In this document: positions 27,696 through 37,250 of the stretch, one piece after another
Position numbering within the stretch: position 1 is the first letter of the stretch
Layout of the letters: the number at the start of each line of letters is the position of its first letter
DNA from: Oscillospiraceae bacterium
GTDB taxonomy: Bacteria; Bacillota; Clostridia; Oscillospirales; UBA929
Assembly (NCBI GenBank): GCA_031550325.1
Contig: JAVBOR010000007.1
Span: 27,885 to 91,884 of the forward strand
Direction: 5' to 3'
DNA length: 64,000 nucleotides
Translations under genes and position numbers: made by a program
The notes under the pieces: model-generated
The model's input: only the letters and a program-made list of their open reading frames with translations
Database searches by the model: none
What the model was told of the DNA's origin: nothing

Positions 27696-28403
27696 ATGGA
27701 TTATGATCTGTCCCTGGGCGAACGCCTGGACGTTCTGATCGGCGAACGCCGTTGCATCAGCAACGTGCAGGAGATCACCCGCGAGGGGACCCTGATCATT
27801 TCCGCCCCGACGTTTCGCAGCGTCACTGTCCCCATCCGCGAAGGCGAACTGGTCAATGTGGTTTATTTCCGTCAGTCCGGCATGTTTTCCTTTGTGGCAG
27901 CCTTGCTCCGGCGCTTTGTCAGCGGAGAGCTGGAGTTTTGTGAAATTGAAATTAAAAGTCCCATCAGCAAGTATCAACGGAGGGACTTTGTCCGGTTTGA
28001 AACGGTGATCCCCGTCAAGGTCAGCGTGCTGGCGGACGCGGACGTTTTGGCCAAGATGTCCATCGAGGAGACGCTGAAGGTCATCTTTGACCGCCGGTAC
28101 ATGGGGCTTCCCCGGCCGAATGAGTCCGAGGCTGACGAGTGTCTGTCGCTTGACATCAGCGGCGGCGGCATCCGGTTCGCCTCCAAAGAGCCTTATGAAA
28201 AGAACACGCTGCTGGAGTGCACGCTGGAGTTTCAGAAGGACGACAGCATGACGGTGGATGTTCTGGTGGTCAGGTCAGAGCAGCCGCTTAAAGGCGAACC
28301 GCACCGCATTGGCGCGCAGTATGTCAACATTGAGGAGCGCCTGAGACGGCGCATTATCAAATATATATTCGAGGAGCAGGTCAAGGAGCGGCAAAAGCTC
28401 TAA
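27696..28403 (+). CDS. PilZ-domain c-di-GMP receptor (YcgR/MotI-like flagellar brake or clutch candidate)
   Basis: The RxxxR motif is QRRDFVR and the D/NxSxxG motif is DISGGGIRF. An N-terminal YcgR-like beta-barrel region is present. The gene lies between flhG and sigD. Confidence 0.8.
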   Translation: MDYDLSLGERLDVLIGERRCISNVQEITREGTLIISAPTFRSVTVPIREGELVNVVYFRQSGMFSFVAALLRRFVSGELEFCEIEIKSPISKYQRRDFVRFETVIPVKVSVLADADVLAKMSIEETLKVIFDRRYMGLPRPNESEADECLSLDISGGGIRFASKEPYEKNTLLECTLEFQKDDSMTVDVLVVRSEQPLKGEPHRIGAQYVNIEERLRRRIIKYIFEEQVKERQKL

Positions 28404-28447
28404 GGCAGGACGCTCTTGGAACCTGCCGCCTGGGAAGGAGAAGACAC

Positions 28448-29200
28448 ATGTCCGACCAATCGGACAAGCTGGCCAGACTTTGGAAAGATTTTTCCGAGAC
28501 GAAGAATCTGGAGCTGCGCAACCAGCTTGTGATGCAGTATGTTGCCCTTGTCAAGGCCATTGTGCTGCGCATGCTGCCCACCTACCGCAAACACGTCGAC
28601 TTTGACGATCTGATGAGTTGCGGATTGCTGGGCCTGATGGATGCCATTGACAAATTTGACTTGAAGAAGGAGGTTAAGTTTGAAACTTATGCGTCGCTGA
28701 GGATCAAGGGCGAAATCGTCGACCAGATCCGCAAACAGGATTGGGCGCCGATCAGTCTTCGGCAAAAAATCAAGCGCATTGAAGAGGGAATTGAATCTCT
28801 GGAGGGAAAACTGGGACGCAGTCCGACCGAGCAGGAGTTGGCGGCCTATGTGTCGATGAATGTGGAGGACGTCAAGCGCACGCTGGACGAGTCGCATACC
28901 TTCAACGTTGTTTGTCTGGACGAAATTCTTGTCGACCGCATGGGCGGGGAAGAACTCGTGCCCGGCAGCGGCGAGGGCCCTGAAGAGAGTTTGGAAAAAA
29001 AGGAACTGCGCGAAATTCTGAGCCAGTCGATCGACAGCCTGCCTGAGAAAGAGCGCATGGTCGTGTCCCTTTATTATCACGATGAGCTGACCTTGAAGGA
29101 AATCGGCGCTGTGCTCGGGGTATCCGAGTCGCGCATCAGTCAAATCCACGCAAAGGCCATTATGTCGTTGCGCCTGCGCATGAAGAGCGTGATCGGATAA
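28448..29200 (+). CDS. fliA: Flagellar sigma factor SigD/FliA (sigma-28)
   Basis: Region 2 is LVMQYVALVKAIVLRM and GLLGLMDAIDKFD. Region 4 is LTLKEIGAVLGVSESRISQIHAKAI. Confidence 0.9.
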   Translation: MSDQSDKLARLWKDFSETKNLELRNQLVMQYVALVKAIVLRMLPTYRKHVDFDDLMSCGLLGLMDAIDKFDLKKEVKFETYASLRIKGEIVDQIRKQDWAPISLRQKIKRIEEGIESLEGKLGRSPTEQELAAYVSMNVEDVKRTLDESHTFNVVCLDEILVDRMGGEELVPGSGEGPEESLEKKELREILSQSIDSLPEKERMVVSLYYHDELTLKEIGAVLGVSESRISQIHAKAIMSLRLRMKSVIG

Positions 29201-29230
29201 AAGGCGCTGCGCGAGCGGGAGGGAACCTTT

Positions 29231-29602
29231 ATGGCACTGCATATTATTGAGACGCAAATGATGTTGTCCCGCCCTGTCGAGGCCACGTCGGAAAAGGCGC
29301 ACGCGCTTGCCAAGCAGGCGATGAATCCCGACGCGCTGCGCCACGACGAGCAGCAGCAGGTGGAAAAGCAACTGAACAGTCCACAGGCTGCGGAGACGGT
29401 CGAGGAGGGCAAGGTGCGCGAGGAACACGGGCGACAGGAGGGCGGCCAAAACGAAAAGAGCGAACAGCAGCAGGAGGAAGAGGCCGCCAAAGATGAGCTT
29501 GAGCAATTAAAGAAGCAGGCCACCGAAAAACTGCTGAATCTTCCGGTTGAGCGCGGCCGCTATGCCAAACGCGATGAGCATCGCGTTGACATCACCCTGT
29601 AG
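29231..29602 (+). CDS. Hypothetical acidic Glu/Gln-rich protein (123 aa) following sigD
   Basis: RBS is gggaggga. The sequence is MALHIIETQMMLSRPVEAT...EEEAAKDELEQLKKQATEKLL. I recognise no family. Coding is supported mainly by position and RBS. Confidence 0.5.
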   Translation: MALHIIETQMMLSRPVEATSEKAHALAKQAMNPDALRHDEQQQVEKQLNSPQAAETVEEGKVREEHGRQEGGQNEKSEQQQEEEAAKDELEQLKKQATEKLLNLPVERGRYAKRDEHRVDITL

Positions 29603-29612
29603 GCAGACGGCG

Positions 29613-30134
29613 ATGTGGGGGTATTTGATCGGATTTTCGGCCGTGATGGCGGCCGCCTATATTGCTCTGTTCGTCATCCTGTGGCGCAGGACGGCAAAAA
29701 TGAACAGCCCTACCGACCGGCGCGAGGCGTCGGTCTTTAAACTCTATGAAGAAATAGAGTCCATGCTCGACAGCTTTGAGGACTATGTGCGCGAGGTGCA
29801 CGAGGGCTTTGAGGCCGAGCGCGCCCGGCTGGATGAGCTGTTTCGGCAGGTCAGCCTGCTTCACGGGCAGCTGGGCGAGCGCGTTCCGATCTCCTATGTG
29901 CCGCCCCCGGTGTCCGCGCCTGAGGCAAGGCCCGCCGAGCCCGCGGCCGAGCCGACAGCGCCGCCGCCGTCCCGCTTGAGCCAAAAGGACCGGGACACGC
30001 TTGACAAAATGGGAAAAAAGTCGCAGAAGGTGCGCTTTTTGATGAGCAGGGGCCTGTCGCTGGACGAGGTGGCCCGGGAGCTTGGCATTGGAAAGGGCGA
30101 AGTGCGCCTGATTGCCGACTTGGAAAAAAATTGA
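29613..30134 (+). CDS. Hypothetical single-pass membrane protein with a C-terminal helix-turn-helix-like segment
   Basis: MWGYLIGFSAVMAAAYIALFVILW forms the TM. A coiled region follows, then GLSLDEVARELGIGKGEVRLIADL, which is HTH-like. No family assigned. Confidence 0.5.
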   Translation: MWGYLIGFSAVMAAAYIALFVILWRRTAKMNSPTDRREASVFKLYEEIESMLDSFEDYVREVHEGFEAERARLDELFRQVSLLHGQLGERVPISYVPPPVSAPEARPAEPAAEPTAPPPSRLSQKDRDTLDKMGKKSQKVRFLMSRGLSLDEVARELGIGKGEVRLIADLEKN

Positions 30135-30156
30135 ACCTTTTCCTGGACCTTTTGGT

Positions 30157-30183
30157 TAAGCCGCGACTTATTTTCAACGATAT
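30157..30183 (+). promoter_or_regulatory. Candidate SigD-type promoter upstream of the rod genes
   Basis: TAAG, a 15-nt spacer, then AACGATAT. Confidence 0.4.
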
Positions 30184-30226
30184 ATAATTAAAACTAAGGC
30201 TATGTTTGAGGATAAGGAGTGTTGCT

Positions 30227-31078
30227 ATGCTGCGCGGTTTGTATACGGCAGGGACGGCCATGATCGCCCAGAGTCGGCGCATGGATGTGATTTCCAACAA
30301 CCTGGTCAACGTGGAGACCGTTGGGTACAAGCAGGACGTGATGGTGACCAAGAGCTTCCGCGACATGATGATCAGCAGGATCAACGACCCGTCAGTATAC
30401 CAGTACAGCTATGTAGGGCCCCATAACACAGGCATCCATATCGACACGATCTACTCGGTCTTTACGCAAGGGCCGCTTGAACAGACCGAGAACCCGACCG
30501 ATCTGGCGCTGGACAAAGAGGGCTTTTTTGTGGTCGAATTTACGCCCACCACGCTCGTCCCACCGACGCCCGAGGAACTGGCCGACCCCGACTACGAGCC
30601 GGAGTACGAGGAGGGCGAAACCGAGTACCGCTACACGCGCTCAGGTAACTTTAACGTCGACGCCGACGGGTATCTCGTCACGCCGACCGGCCACTACGTA
30701 CAGGGACAGGACGGCCCGATTCTCGTGGGGACGACCGACTTTGAGGTCAGCTCCGAAGGCCTGGTCACCGTGGACGGACAGGAGATCGACACGTTGCGCG
30801 TGGTCGCGTTTGAGGATCCCGGCGTGCTTCGCAAGGCTGGGGACAATCTCTGGTTTCCCGTGGGCTCTGCCGATGAGGACGGGGACATTGCCGTGCCCGA
30901 GCCGATGGACATTACAGGTTCTGTCAAGCAGGGCTTTCTGGAGGCGTCCAACGTCGACACCGCCTCTGAAACCGTGCGCATGATTGAGTGTCAGCGCGCG
31001 TATGAGATCAACCAGCGCATGATTCACATGATTGACGAGTCGCTCGGCCGCGCGGTCAACGACATTGCGAAGGTGTAA
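30227..31078 (+). CDS. Flagellar basal-body rod protein (FlgF/FlgG family)
   Basis: The N-terminus is MLRGLYTAGTAMIAQSRRMDVISNNLVNVETVGYK. The C-terminus is GFLEASNVDTASETVRMIECQRAYEINQRMI. Confidence 0.8.
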   Translation: MLRGLYTAGTAMIAQSRRMDVISNNLVNVETVGYKQDVMVTKSFRDMMISRINDPSVYQYSYVGPHNTGIHIDTIYSVFTQGPLEQTENPTDLALDKEGFFVVEFTPTTLVPPTPEELADPDYEPEYEEGETEYRYTRSGNFNVDADGYLVTPTGHYVQGQDGPILVGTTDFEVSSEGLVTVDGQEIDTLRVVAFEDPGVLRKAGDNLWFPVGSADEDGDIAVPEPMDITGSVKQGFLEASNVDTASETVRMIECQRAYEINQRMIHMIDESLGRAVNDIAKV

Positions 31079-31080
31079 CG

Positions 31081-31875
31081 ATGATACAAACACTGTATAC
31101 GGGCGCGACCGGGCTGACAAGCCAGCAAAAAAATATCGACGTCATCGCGCACAACGTGAGTAACCTTCAGACAGAGGGCTTCAAGCGCTCCCGGTTTGAC
31201 TTCCGGGACTGTCTGTACATGCGCATGCAGAGCCCGGTGGACAACAGCCCCGGGAAGAATCTTCAGCGCGGCGCGGGAGCTATTGAATATCAGATCGCGC
31301 GGATGTTCGCGCAGGGTGCGACGCTGACAACCGAGCGCACGCTGGACTTCATGCTTGACGGCCGGGGATTCTTCGCCGTGGAAAACCCTAACCAACTTGA
31401 GGACAACGAGGGCCGGGACGCCATTCTCTATACGCGGAAGGGCAACTTTTATGTCACGCCCGAGGAAGAGGGCGGCTTTCTCGTCGACGCCGACGGTCGC
31501 TACCTCCTGGAAGAGGGCGGCGAGCGCATCAGCCTGCGCTATCCCTCCACGCTCAGCATCAGCGCCGAGGGCGTGATCAGCGAGACAGACAACGACGGAA
31601 ACAGCTTTGAGGTGGCCACGCTGGCCCTTAAGGATTTCAGCAACCGTGACGGGCTCCAGTCCGTTGGGGACAACTACTTTATGGAGTCGGCCAACAGCGG
31701 TGAGCTCATCGCGGCGGGCGGCACGGTGCGTCAGGGTGCGCTGGAGGGCTCGAACGTGGATTACGGCAATGAAGTCACCCGCCTGATCAGAGCACAGAGG
31801 GCCTATCAACTGGCCTCGCGTGTGATCTCGACGGCCGATCAGATGATGCAGACGGCCAACAACATCAGACAGTAG
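31081..31875 (+). CDS. flgG: Flagellar basal-body rod protein FlgG
   Basis: MIQTLYTGATGLTSQQKNIDVIAHNVSNLQTEGFK and GALEGSNVDYGNEVTRLIRAQRAYQLASRVI. Confidence 0.85.
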   Translation: MIQTLYTGATGLTSQQKNIDVIAHNVSNLQTEGFKRSRFDFRDCLYMRMQSPVDNSPGKNLQRGAGAIEYQIARMFAQGATLTTERTLDFMLDGRGFFAVENPNQLEDNEGRDAILYTRKGNFYVTPEEEGGFLVDADGRYLLEEGGERISLRYPSTLSISAEGVISETDNDGNSFEVATLALKDFSNRDGLQSVGDNYFMESANSGELIAAGGTVRQGALEGSNVDYGNEVTRLIRAQRAYQLASRVISTADQMMQTANNIRQ

Positions 31876-31946
31876 CGTGCGCCGGCGCTTTCGCCCGATG
31901 CGACGCGCCCGAATGTTGAATAATAGTACATGCAGGAGAAATGATT

Positions 31947-32366
31947 ATGGATTTCCGTCAATGTAAAAACTGCCGAAAACTGTTTCAGTACCGCAACAGC
32001 CCGCTCTGTCCCGACTGTGTCAACGAGCTGGACAGGCTTTTCGAGGCGGTGCGCAACTATATTTATGAGAACCCCCGTTCCTCTACAGAGGAGATCTGCG
32101 CCGAAACCGGCGCCGACTCGCAGATGCTGTATGGCTGGCTGCGCGAAGGGCGGCTCATTTTGGGCAAGGACAGCGCAAAGCTGCTTGTCTGCGAATCCTG
32201 CGGTCAGCCCATCAGCCTGGGACGGTACTGCGACGCCTGCTCGAGCGACGTGCGCAATCAACTTGAGGGCGCCGCAAAGTCGCTGGACGCGATGAAGGCC
32301 CAACCGCGGCCAAAGGCCGGCGACAAGGACGGCCCTAGGATGCATGTGGACTTCCGGAAAGGTTGA
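31947..32366 (+). CDS. YvyF-like flagellar operon zinc-ribbon protein
   Basis: CKNCRKLF...CPDC at the N-terminus and CESCGQPI...CDAC later. It sits upstream of flgM, as B. subtilis yvyF does. RBS spacing favours the ATG at 31947 over the one at 31941. Confidence 0.65.
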   Translation: MDFRQCKNCRKLFQYRNSPLCPDCVNELDRLFEAVRNYIYENPRSSTEEICAETGADSQMLYGWLREGRLILGKDSAKLLVCESCGQPISLGRYCDACSSDVRNQLEGAAKSLDAMKAQPRPKAGDKDGPRMHVDFRKG

Positions 32367-32532
32367 CCGCCATAAAAAAGAAAAAATTACCAATTTTAAG
32401 AAATGCTGCTGGATTTTTGATTAATGGCGGAAAACACGTAGGGTTTACGGCGCTTTTGCGTCACAAAGGATTCTCTCAAACATTGATTTGAAAAATATTA
32501 TTGTAAACCGGGTGGAAATGACCTGCTTTGGC

Positions 32533-32560
32533 TCAAGGCGAGCGAACTTTTTTACGATAT
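32533..32560 (+). promoter_or_regulatory. Candidate SigD-type promoter upstream of flgM
   Basis: TCAA, a 16-nt spacer, then TACGATAT. Confidence 0.4.
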
Positions 32561-32621
32561 AGAAGTTGAATAGAAATGGCGTGGCTTACAGCCCGGCATA
32601 AGAAGAGAAGGAGGAGCAAGC

Positions 32622-32897
32622 ATGGATCTCAAGATCGGATCGGTACCCACGGCAGGAATCTCGCGTTATAGCGAGGTGCAGAAAAAAGCGCCCCAAAGTG
32701 TTCAGGTGAAGCAGGAGTCAGATAAGGTGGACACATCATCATCGTCAAGACTTTTCAATCAGGCCCTGCGCGCGGTCAAGGAGTCTCCCGACGTGCGCGC
32801 CGACAAAGTCGAAGCCATTCGCAAAAGCATTGAAGACGGTACGTATCGTGTGGACAGCGAAGCGATTGCTGATAAAATGCTGTCCTCCATTCGCTGA
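32622..32897 (+). CDS. flgM: Anti-sigma-28 factor FlgM
   Basis: 91 aa. The C-terminus RADKVEAIRKSIEDGTYRVDSEAIADKML is the FlgM signature. Confidence 0.8.
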   Translation: MDLKIGSVPTAGISRYSEVQKKAPQSVQVKQESDKVDTSSSSRLFNQALRAVKESPDVRADKVEAIRKSIEDGTYRVDSEAIADKMLSSIR

Positions 32898-32921
32898 GCA
32901 AGTCACGGTTGAGGCAGACCA

Positions 32922-33416
32922 TTGAGTATTGAATTCGAAAAGCTGCTGACCGTTTTGCTTGCGGAGTCGGATATTTACACGCAGCTTCTGGCGCTGTCCA
33001 AGGACAAAAAAGAAGCGGTGCTCAACAACGATCTGGATCAGATCAACCGTGTTGTGCGCGAGGAGCAGGCGCTCGTCGCGCGGCTTTCCGACAAGGAGCG
33101 TTTGCGCCTTGCCAGTGTGCGGGAGCTCACGGCGAAGCTCGGAGATCCGGAGGCTACTCTGATGAGCTTTGCCGCTCTGGGCACACCCCAGCAGCAAGCG
33201 CGGCTGGATGACCTGCAAATCGCCCTTCGTGGAGTGCTTTCCGAACTTCAAGCCGCCAATGAGGTCAACAAGAGGCTCATCGACACGCGGCTGGACTACA
33301 TTCGCTTTGTCGTCGATTCCATGTCGGAGGGCGGCGGCGCGGGCGTTTATGGAGCACTCGGCGAAGGGCCCTCCCATTCTGGGCAGCGAACCAATCTTTA
33401 TGATCAGAAGGTGTGA
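32922..33416 (+). CDS. flgN: FlgN-family flagellar chaperone
   Basis: Helical 164-aa protein (LLTVLLAESDIYTQLLALSKDKKEAVLNNDLDQINRVVREEQALV) between flgM and flgK. TTG start. Confidence 0.7.
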   Translation: MSIEFEKLLTVLLAESDIYTQLLALSKDKKEAVLNNDLDQINRVVREEQALVARLSDKERLRLASVRELTAKLGDPEATLMSFAALGTPQQQARLDDLQIALRGVLSELQAANEVNKRLIDTRLDYIRFVVDSMSEGGGAGVYGALGEGPSHSGQRTNLYDQKV

Positions 33417-33422
33417 GATAGC

Positions 33423-35012
33423 TTGAGATCGACCTTTTATGGACTCAATATTGCCAGCAAGGGACTTTTCGTTTCGCAGAGGCAAATCGACGTCACCAGC
33501 CACAACGTGGCCAACTCCAACGTCGATGGATACAGCCGTCAGCGCTATATCACCTCGGCGGTGCCGCCCAAAGGCGCGCTGAGCCAGTTTGTCGATCCTA
33601 CGCGCGGCCAGGTGGGCGACGGTGTGCAGACCTTGTCGCTGGACCAAATCCGCGACCGCTTTCTGGATCAGCAGTACCGCACCGAAAACGCGAAATCCAG
33701 CTATTGGGAGACGCGTTCCAACGCCCTTTACTATGTGGAGGACGTGTTTAACGCCACGGATGAGACCAGCCTAAACGGCATCATGTCGGCTTTCTTCAAC
33801 AGCCTGCAAGAGCTTTCAAAAAACTCCACCGACGAGGCCATTCGCACGAACGTATTGGCCGAGGCCAAGAAGCTCACCGACACGTTTCACATGTACCACA
33901 GCCAGCTGACCGACCTCATGGCTCAGCAGGACACCAACCTCGTGGCGCAGACTTCCAGTGTCAATGACATGATAAGCGACATTGCCGCATACAACGATAA
34001 GATCTTCAAGTTTGAGCTCGGCGGCTCGGTGGCCAACGATTTGCGCGACCAGCGCAACGTCGTGCTGGACAAGCTTTCCGGCATGATGAACATCGCATAC
34101 TCCGAACAGAGCTTTGAGCCGCCGCTTTACAATATTTACGGTCTGGAGCTCACGAGGCTCAACGTGTTCGCCGGCAAACAGGTCGGTGAGGATTACAGCG
34201 ACAGACTGCTCGTGTCGCATGACGAACCGTTCTACTTAACGCTTGAGCAGGAACAGGGCCTGAACGAGATTGCCGACTTTAACGAGCCCGCCATTCCGAC
34301 CCATAAGGTCTATCTTGCCTCCGGCCTCGCGCTGGATCAGGATGACATTGAAGATTTGGACGGCGGTATGCTCAAGAGTTATATGGATATGCGCGACGGA
34401 AATGTCACTGAAAACCAGGGCGTGCCGTATTATATCGCGCAGCTGAACACGATGGTGTCCTCGCTGGTGCATGAGTTTAACGCCATTCACAGTATGGGAT
34501 ACTCGATGCCGTATTCTGCGGTGATGTCCTCATCGGATTCCACCAGCGGCATTAACTTTTTTGATCCCGACGGCGAGACTGCCGCGACCATTACGCTGTC
34601 GGCTGATATTTTGCTCAGTTCCTTCAACATTGCCGCTTCGTCGGAATATGTCACGATGGACTCCGACGGTCACCTGCAGACAGGCAACAACAACACTATG
34701 CTTGAACTGATCAAGGGCGTGAAGGAACGCACCGATCTGGACGAAGTGGGCAGCTACGAGGGCTTCTACAAGAACTTTCTGGGCAGCCTGGCGTCCGAGG
34801 TGGCGCACTCGAACAATATGTTGAGCGGGCAGGTTGTGCTGCTGGACAGCATTCAGTCCCAGAGGGTATCGGTCATGGGCGTCAGCGTTGACGAGGAAAT
34901 GACCAACTTAATCCGCTTCCAGCACGCGTATAACTCGTCGGCCCGCGCCATCACCGCGATGGACGAGGCCCTTGACAAGCTCATCAACGGCACAGGCCGC
35001 GTCGGCCTGTAA
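33423..35012 (+). CDS. flgK: Flagellar hook-associated protein 1 FlgK
   Basis: STFYGLNIASKGLFVSQRQIDVTSHNVANSNVDGYSRQ at the N-terminus. The C-terminus is EEMTNLIRFQHAYNSSARAITAMDEALDKLI. Confidence 0.9.
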   Translation: MRSTFYGLNIASKGLFVSQRQIDVTSHNVANSNVDGYSRQRYITSAVPPKGALSQFVDPTRGQVGDGVQTLSLDQIRDRFLDQQYRTENAKSSYWETRSNALYYVEDVFNATDETSLNGIMSAFFNSLQELSKNSTDEAIRTNVLAEAKKLTDTFHMYHSQLTDLMAQQDTNLVAQTSSVNDMISDIAAYNDKIFKFELGGSVANDLRDQRNVVLDKLSGMMNIAYSEQSFEPPLYNIYGLELTRLNVFAGKQVGEDYSDRLLVSHDEPFYLTLEQEQGLNEIADFNEPAIPTHKVYLASGLALDQDDIEDLDGGMLKSYMDMRDGNVTENQGVPYYIAQLNTMVSSLVHEFNAIHSMGYSMPYSAVMSSSDSTSGINFFDPDGETAATITLSADILLSSFNIAASSEYVTMDSDGHLQTGNNNTMLELIKGVKERTDLDEVGSYEGFYKNFLGSLASEVAHSNNMLSGQVVLLDSIQSQRVSVMGVSVDEEMTNLIRFQHAYNSSARAITAMDEALDKLINGTGRVGL

Positions 35013-35063
35013 GAGGGCCGGTTTGCCGCTCCCCATACTTCTTGAAAGTCCGGAGGTTATTCT

Positions 35064-35996
35064 ATGGCGCAACGCATCACGAACTCCATGATGATCTCAT
35101 CCTATAATCGCAATCTCAACGCCAACCAAAAGCGCATGAGCACGCTTCAGGATCAGCTGGCCACAAACAAGAAGCTGGTCAGGCTGTCGGACGACCCGGT
35201 CAGCGTGGTTAAAGTGCTCAACTCCAAGAGCAAGCTCAACGACATAGAGCAGTACCAGAAGAACCTGCGGGACGCCAACGCCTGGCTGACCCATACCGAG
35301 ACGGCGCTGGGTGAAATGAACGAAGTCATCAAGCGCACATACGAGCTGGCGGTTTACGCCTCCAACGATGTGCTCGAGCCCGACGACCGGCAGGCCATTG
35401 CCGAAGAAGTGCAGCAGCTTCGCGATCAGGTGATCACGCTTGCCAACACGACGTTGGGGGACAAGTACATCTTTGGCAGCTACAACGTGTCGTCGGCGCC
35501 GTTTATGCCCGACCCCGAGACGGGCGATGTGCTGCTCAACGGCACGAGCATGGTCTTTGACGACGGAGACGAAGAGTTTATCCGCTATGAGATCAACCTC
35601 GGCATTGACTTTGACGTCGCTGTTCCGGGAAACGCTCTTTTAGGCGTCGGGGAACAAAACAACATTTACTTTCAGATCAATGAGTTTCTCAATACCATTC
35701 AAAACCCTGAGTCAACGCTGAACGAGATTCAGCCGTTTATCGGAAGCATGCAGAACCTCCAGAAGAGCGTTTTGGCCACGATGGCCGAAGTGGGCGGACG
35801 CACAAGCCGGCTTGAAATGATGGAAACCCGGTTTGCGCAGGACAACATCAACTACACGCAGATGAAATCGGATGTGGAGGATCTGGATACGGCGGAGGCC
35901 GTGATGAAGTTCTCTATGGCGGAGGCTGTATACCGGGCGGCGCTGGGCGTCGGCGGACGGATACTGCAGCCCACGCTGGTGGACTTTTTGAAATAG
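35064..35996 (+). CDS. flgL: Flagellar hook-associated protein 3 FlgL
   Basis: The flagellin-like N-terminus is MAQRITNSMMISSYNRNLNANQKRMSTLQDQLATNKKLVRLSDDPV. The C-terminus is AEAVMKFSMAEAVYRAALGVGGRILQPTLVDFL. Confidence 0.85.
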   Translation: MAQRITNSMMISSYNRNLNANQKRMSTLQDQLATNKKLVRLSDDPVSVVKVLNSKSKLNDIEQYQKNLRDANAWLTHTETALGEMNEVIKRTYELAVYASNDVLEPDDRQAIAEEVQQLRDQVITLANTTLGDKYIFGSYNVSSAPFMPDPETGDVLLNGTSMVFDDGDEEFIRYEINLGIDFDVAVPGNALLGVGEQNNIYFQINEFLNTIQNPESTLNEIQPFIGSMQNLQKSVLATMAEVGGRTSRLEMMETRFAQDNINYTQMKSDVEDLDTAEAVMKFSMAEAVYRAALGVGGRILQPTLVDFLK

Positions 35997-36074
35997 GCCC
36001 CCACACGAGGCTTACGACAAACTTGACGATGACGAACAAGGATGTTCAGGGTCAAAACAGACAAGGTGGTCGCT

Positions 36075-36683
36075 ATGTTATCAAGAATTGTCATCAAACA
36101 GAGCGCGGGCGCCATCGCCATCGACGTCAGGCACGCAAAGCTGGAGGGCCGGCCCGGGCGCATGGAGATGTCCATGGAGCAGAACGCCGCCGAGGTGCTG
36201 ACCATGGCCAATACGCTCCCGAAGATCCGGATCGATCAATCCGCGGCGTTTGCCAGCGTCGGACTGAAGCAATCAGTCCCTCTGGCCAACGATATCCACG
36301 CCAAGGCGCTGCAAAACGGACTGCAGGCCATTGGCCGCATTGTCCAGGACGGACTGGAGTTCTTGCGCATCGAATCGCAGTCGCAGCCCATTGCCGCTCA
36401 GGCGCAGCGTCTGGGTGTGCAGGATCTGCGCCTGACGGTGCGGGCGCTGCCGTCTGTCGGGCCGGATATCACGCTTGACGAGGGCAGTGTGGACATCGAC
36501 ATTCCCCGCCCCCAGTTGCAGGTCAACTGGAAGTGGGTCGATTCCACCAGCGAGTACACCCCGTATGAGGTCAATATTACGCTGGCGCGGAAACCTTCGA
36601 TCGAAATTTCGGTCGAGCCGGGGATTGAACTGAGCTTTCCGACGAATATGGGAGTGGGCGGCGCCGTCGATGAAGCGATTTAG
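36075..36683 (+). CDS. Hypothetical protein in the YviE position (between flgL and fliW)
   Basis: Start is MLSRIVIKQ after RBS aaggtgg. The position is the same as B. subtilis yviE. The family assignment is from memory of synteny only. Confidence 0.5.
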   Translation: MLSRIVIKQSAGAIAIDVRHAKLEGRPGRMEMSMEQNAAEVLTMANTLPKIRIDQSAAFASVGLKQSVPLANDIHAKALQNGLQAIGRIVQDGLEFLRIESQSQPIAAQAQRLGVQDLRLTVRALPSVGPDITLDEGSVDIDIPRPQLQVNWKWVDSTSEYTPYEVNITLARKPSIEISVEPGIELSFPTNMGVGGAVDEAI

Positions 36684-36770
36684 CATTGTATTTTTAAACA
36701 GTGTGTGATAAGATACCCGGAGGGATATTAACGATCCCTCTGGGTTCTCATGTGAGAAGGGAGAAACGGT

Positions 36771-37250
36771 ATGCGCATCAATACGTCTCGATTTGGGGAA
36801 ATTGACATTGCGGACGAAAAGATCATCGCGTTTCACAATGGGATTCCGGGGTTTGAACACTGCAAGCACTTTGCGCTGATCACATCTGAAGAGACAGAGC
36901 CGTTCCATTGGCTTCAGGCGATGGAGGAACCCGATATCGCCATTGCCGTGATCAACCCCTTCAGGCTGTTTCCCGAGTACTCTCCGCAGGTGCCGGAGTC
37001 GGCGCTGTCCGACATCGGCAAGCCGCAGGACGAGGACATCGTCGTGCTCACGGTGGCGGTCATCCCGCCCGAGGTCACGCGGATGACCACAAATCTCGTT
37101 TCGCCCATTTTGATCAACTCGAGGGTCAACGCGGGACGGCAGGTGATTTTGGAGGGCAGCGACTTCCAGATCAGACAGCCGATCTTTGAGGCGGTGCAGA
37201 CACTGCTAAATGGAGGTGCGGACAATGCTGGTGCTGACCAGAAAGCTTAA
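36771..37250 (+). CDS. fliW: Flagellar assembly factor FliW
   Basis: MRINTSRFGEIDIADEKIIAFHNGIPGFEHCKHFALI...PFHWLQAMEEPDIAIAVINPF is the canonical FliW pattern. Confidence 0.9.
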   Translation: MRINTSRFGEIDIADEKIIAFHNGIPGFEHCKHFALITSEETEPFHWLQAMEEPDIAIAVINPFRLFPEYSPQVPESALSDIGKPQDEDIVVLTVAVIPPEVTRMTTNLVSPILINSRVNAGRQVILEGSDFQIRQPIFEAVQTLLNGGADNAGADQKA

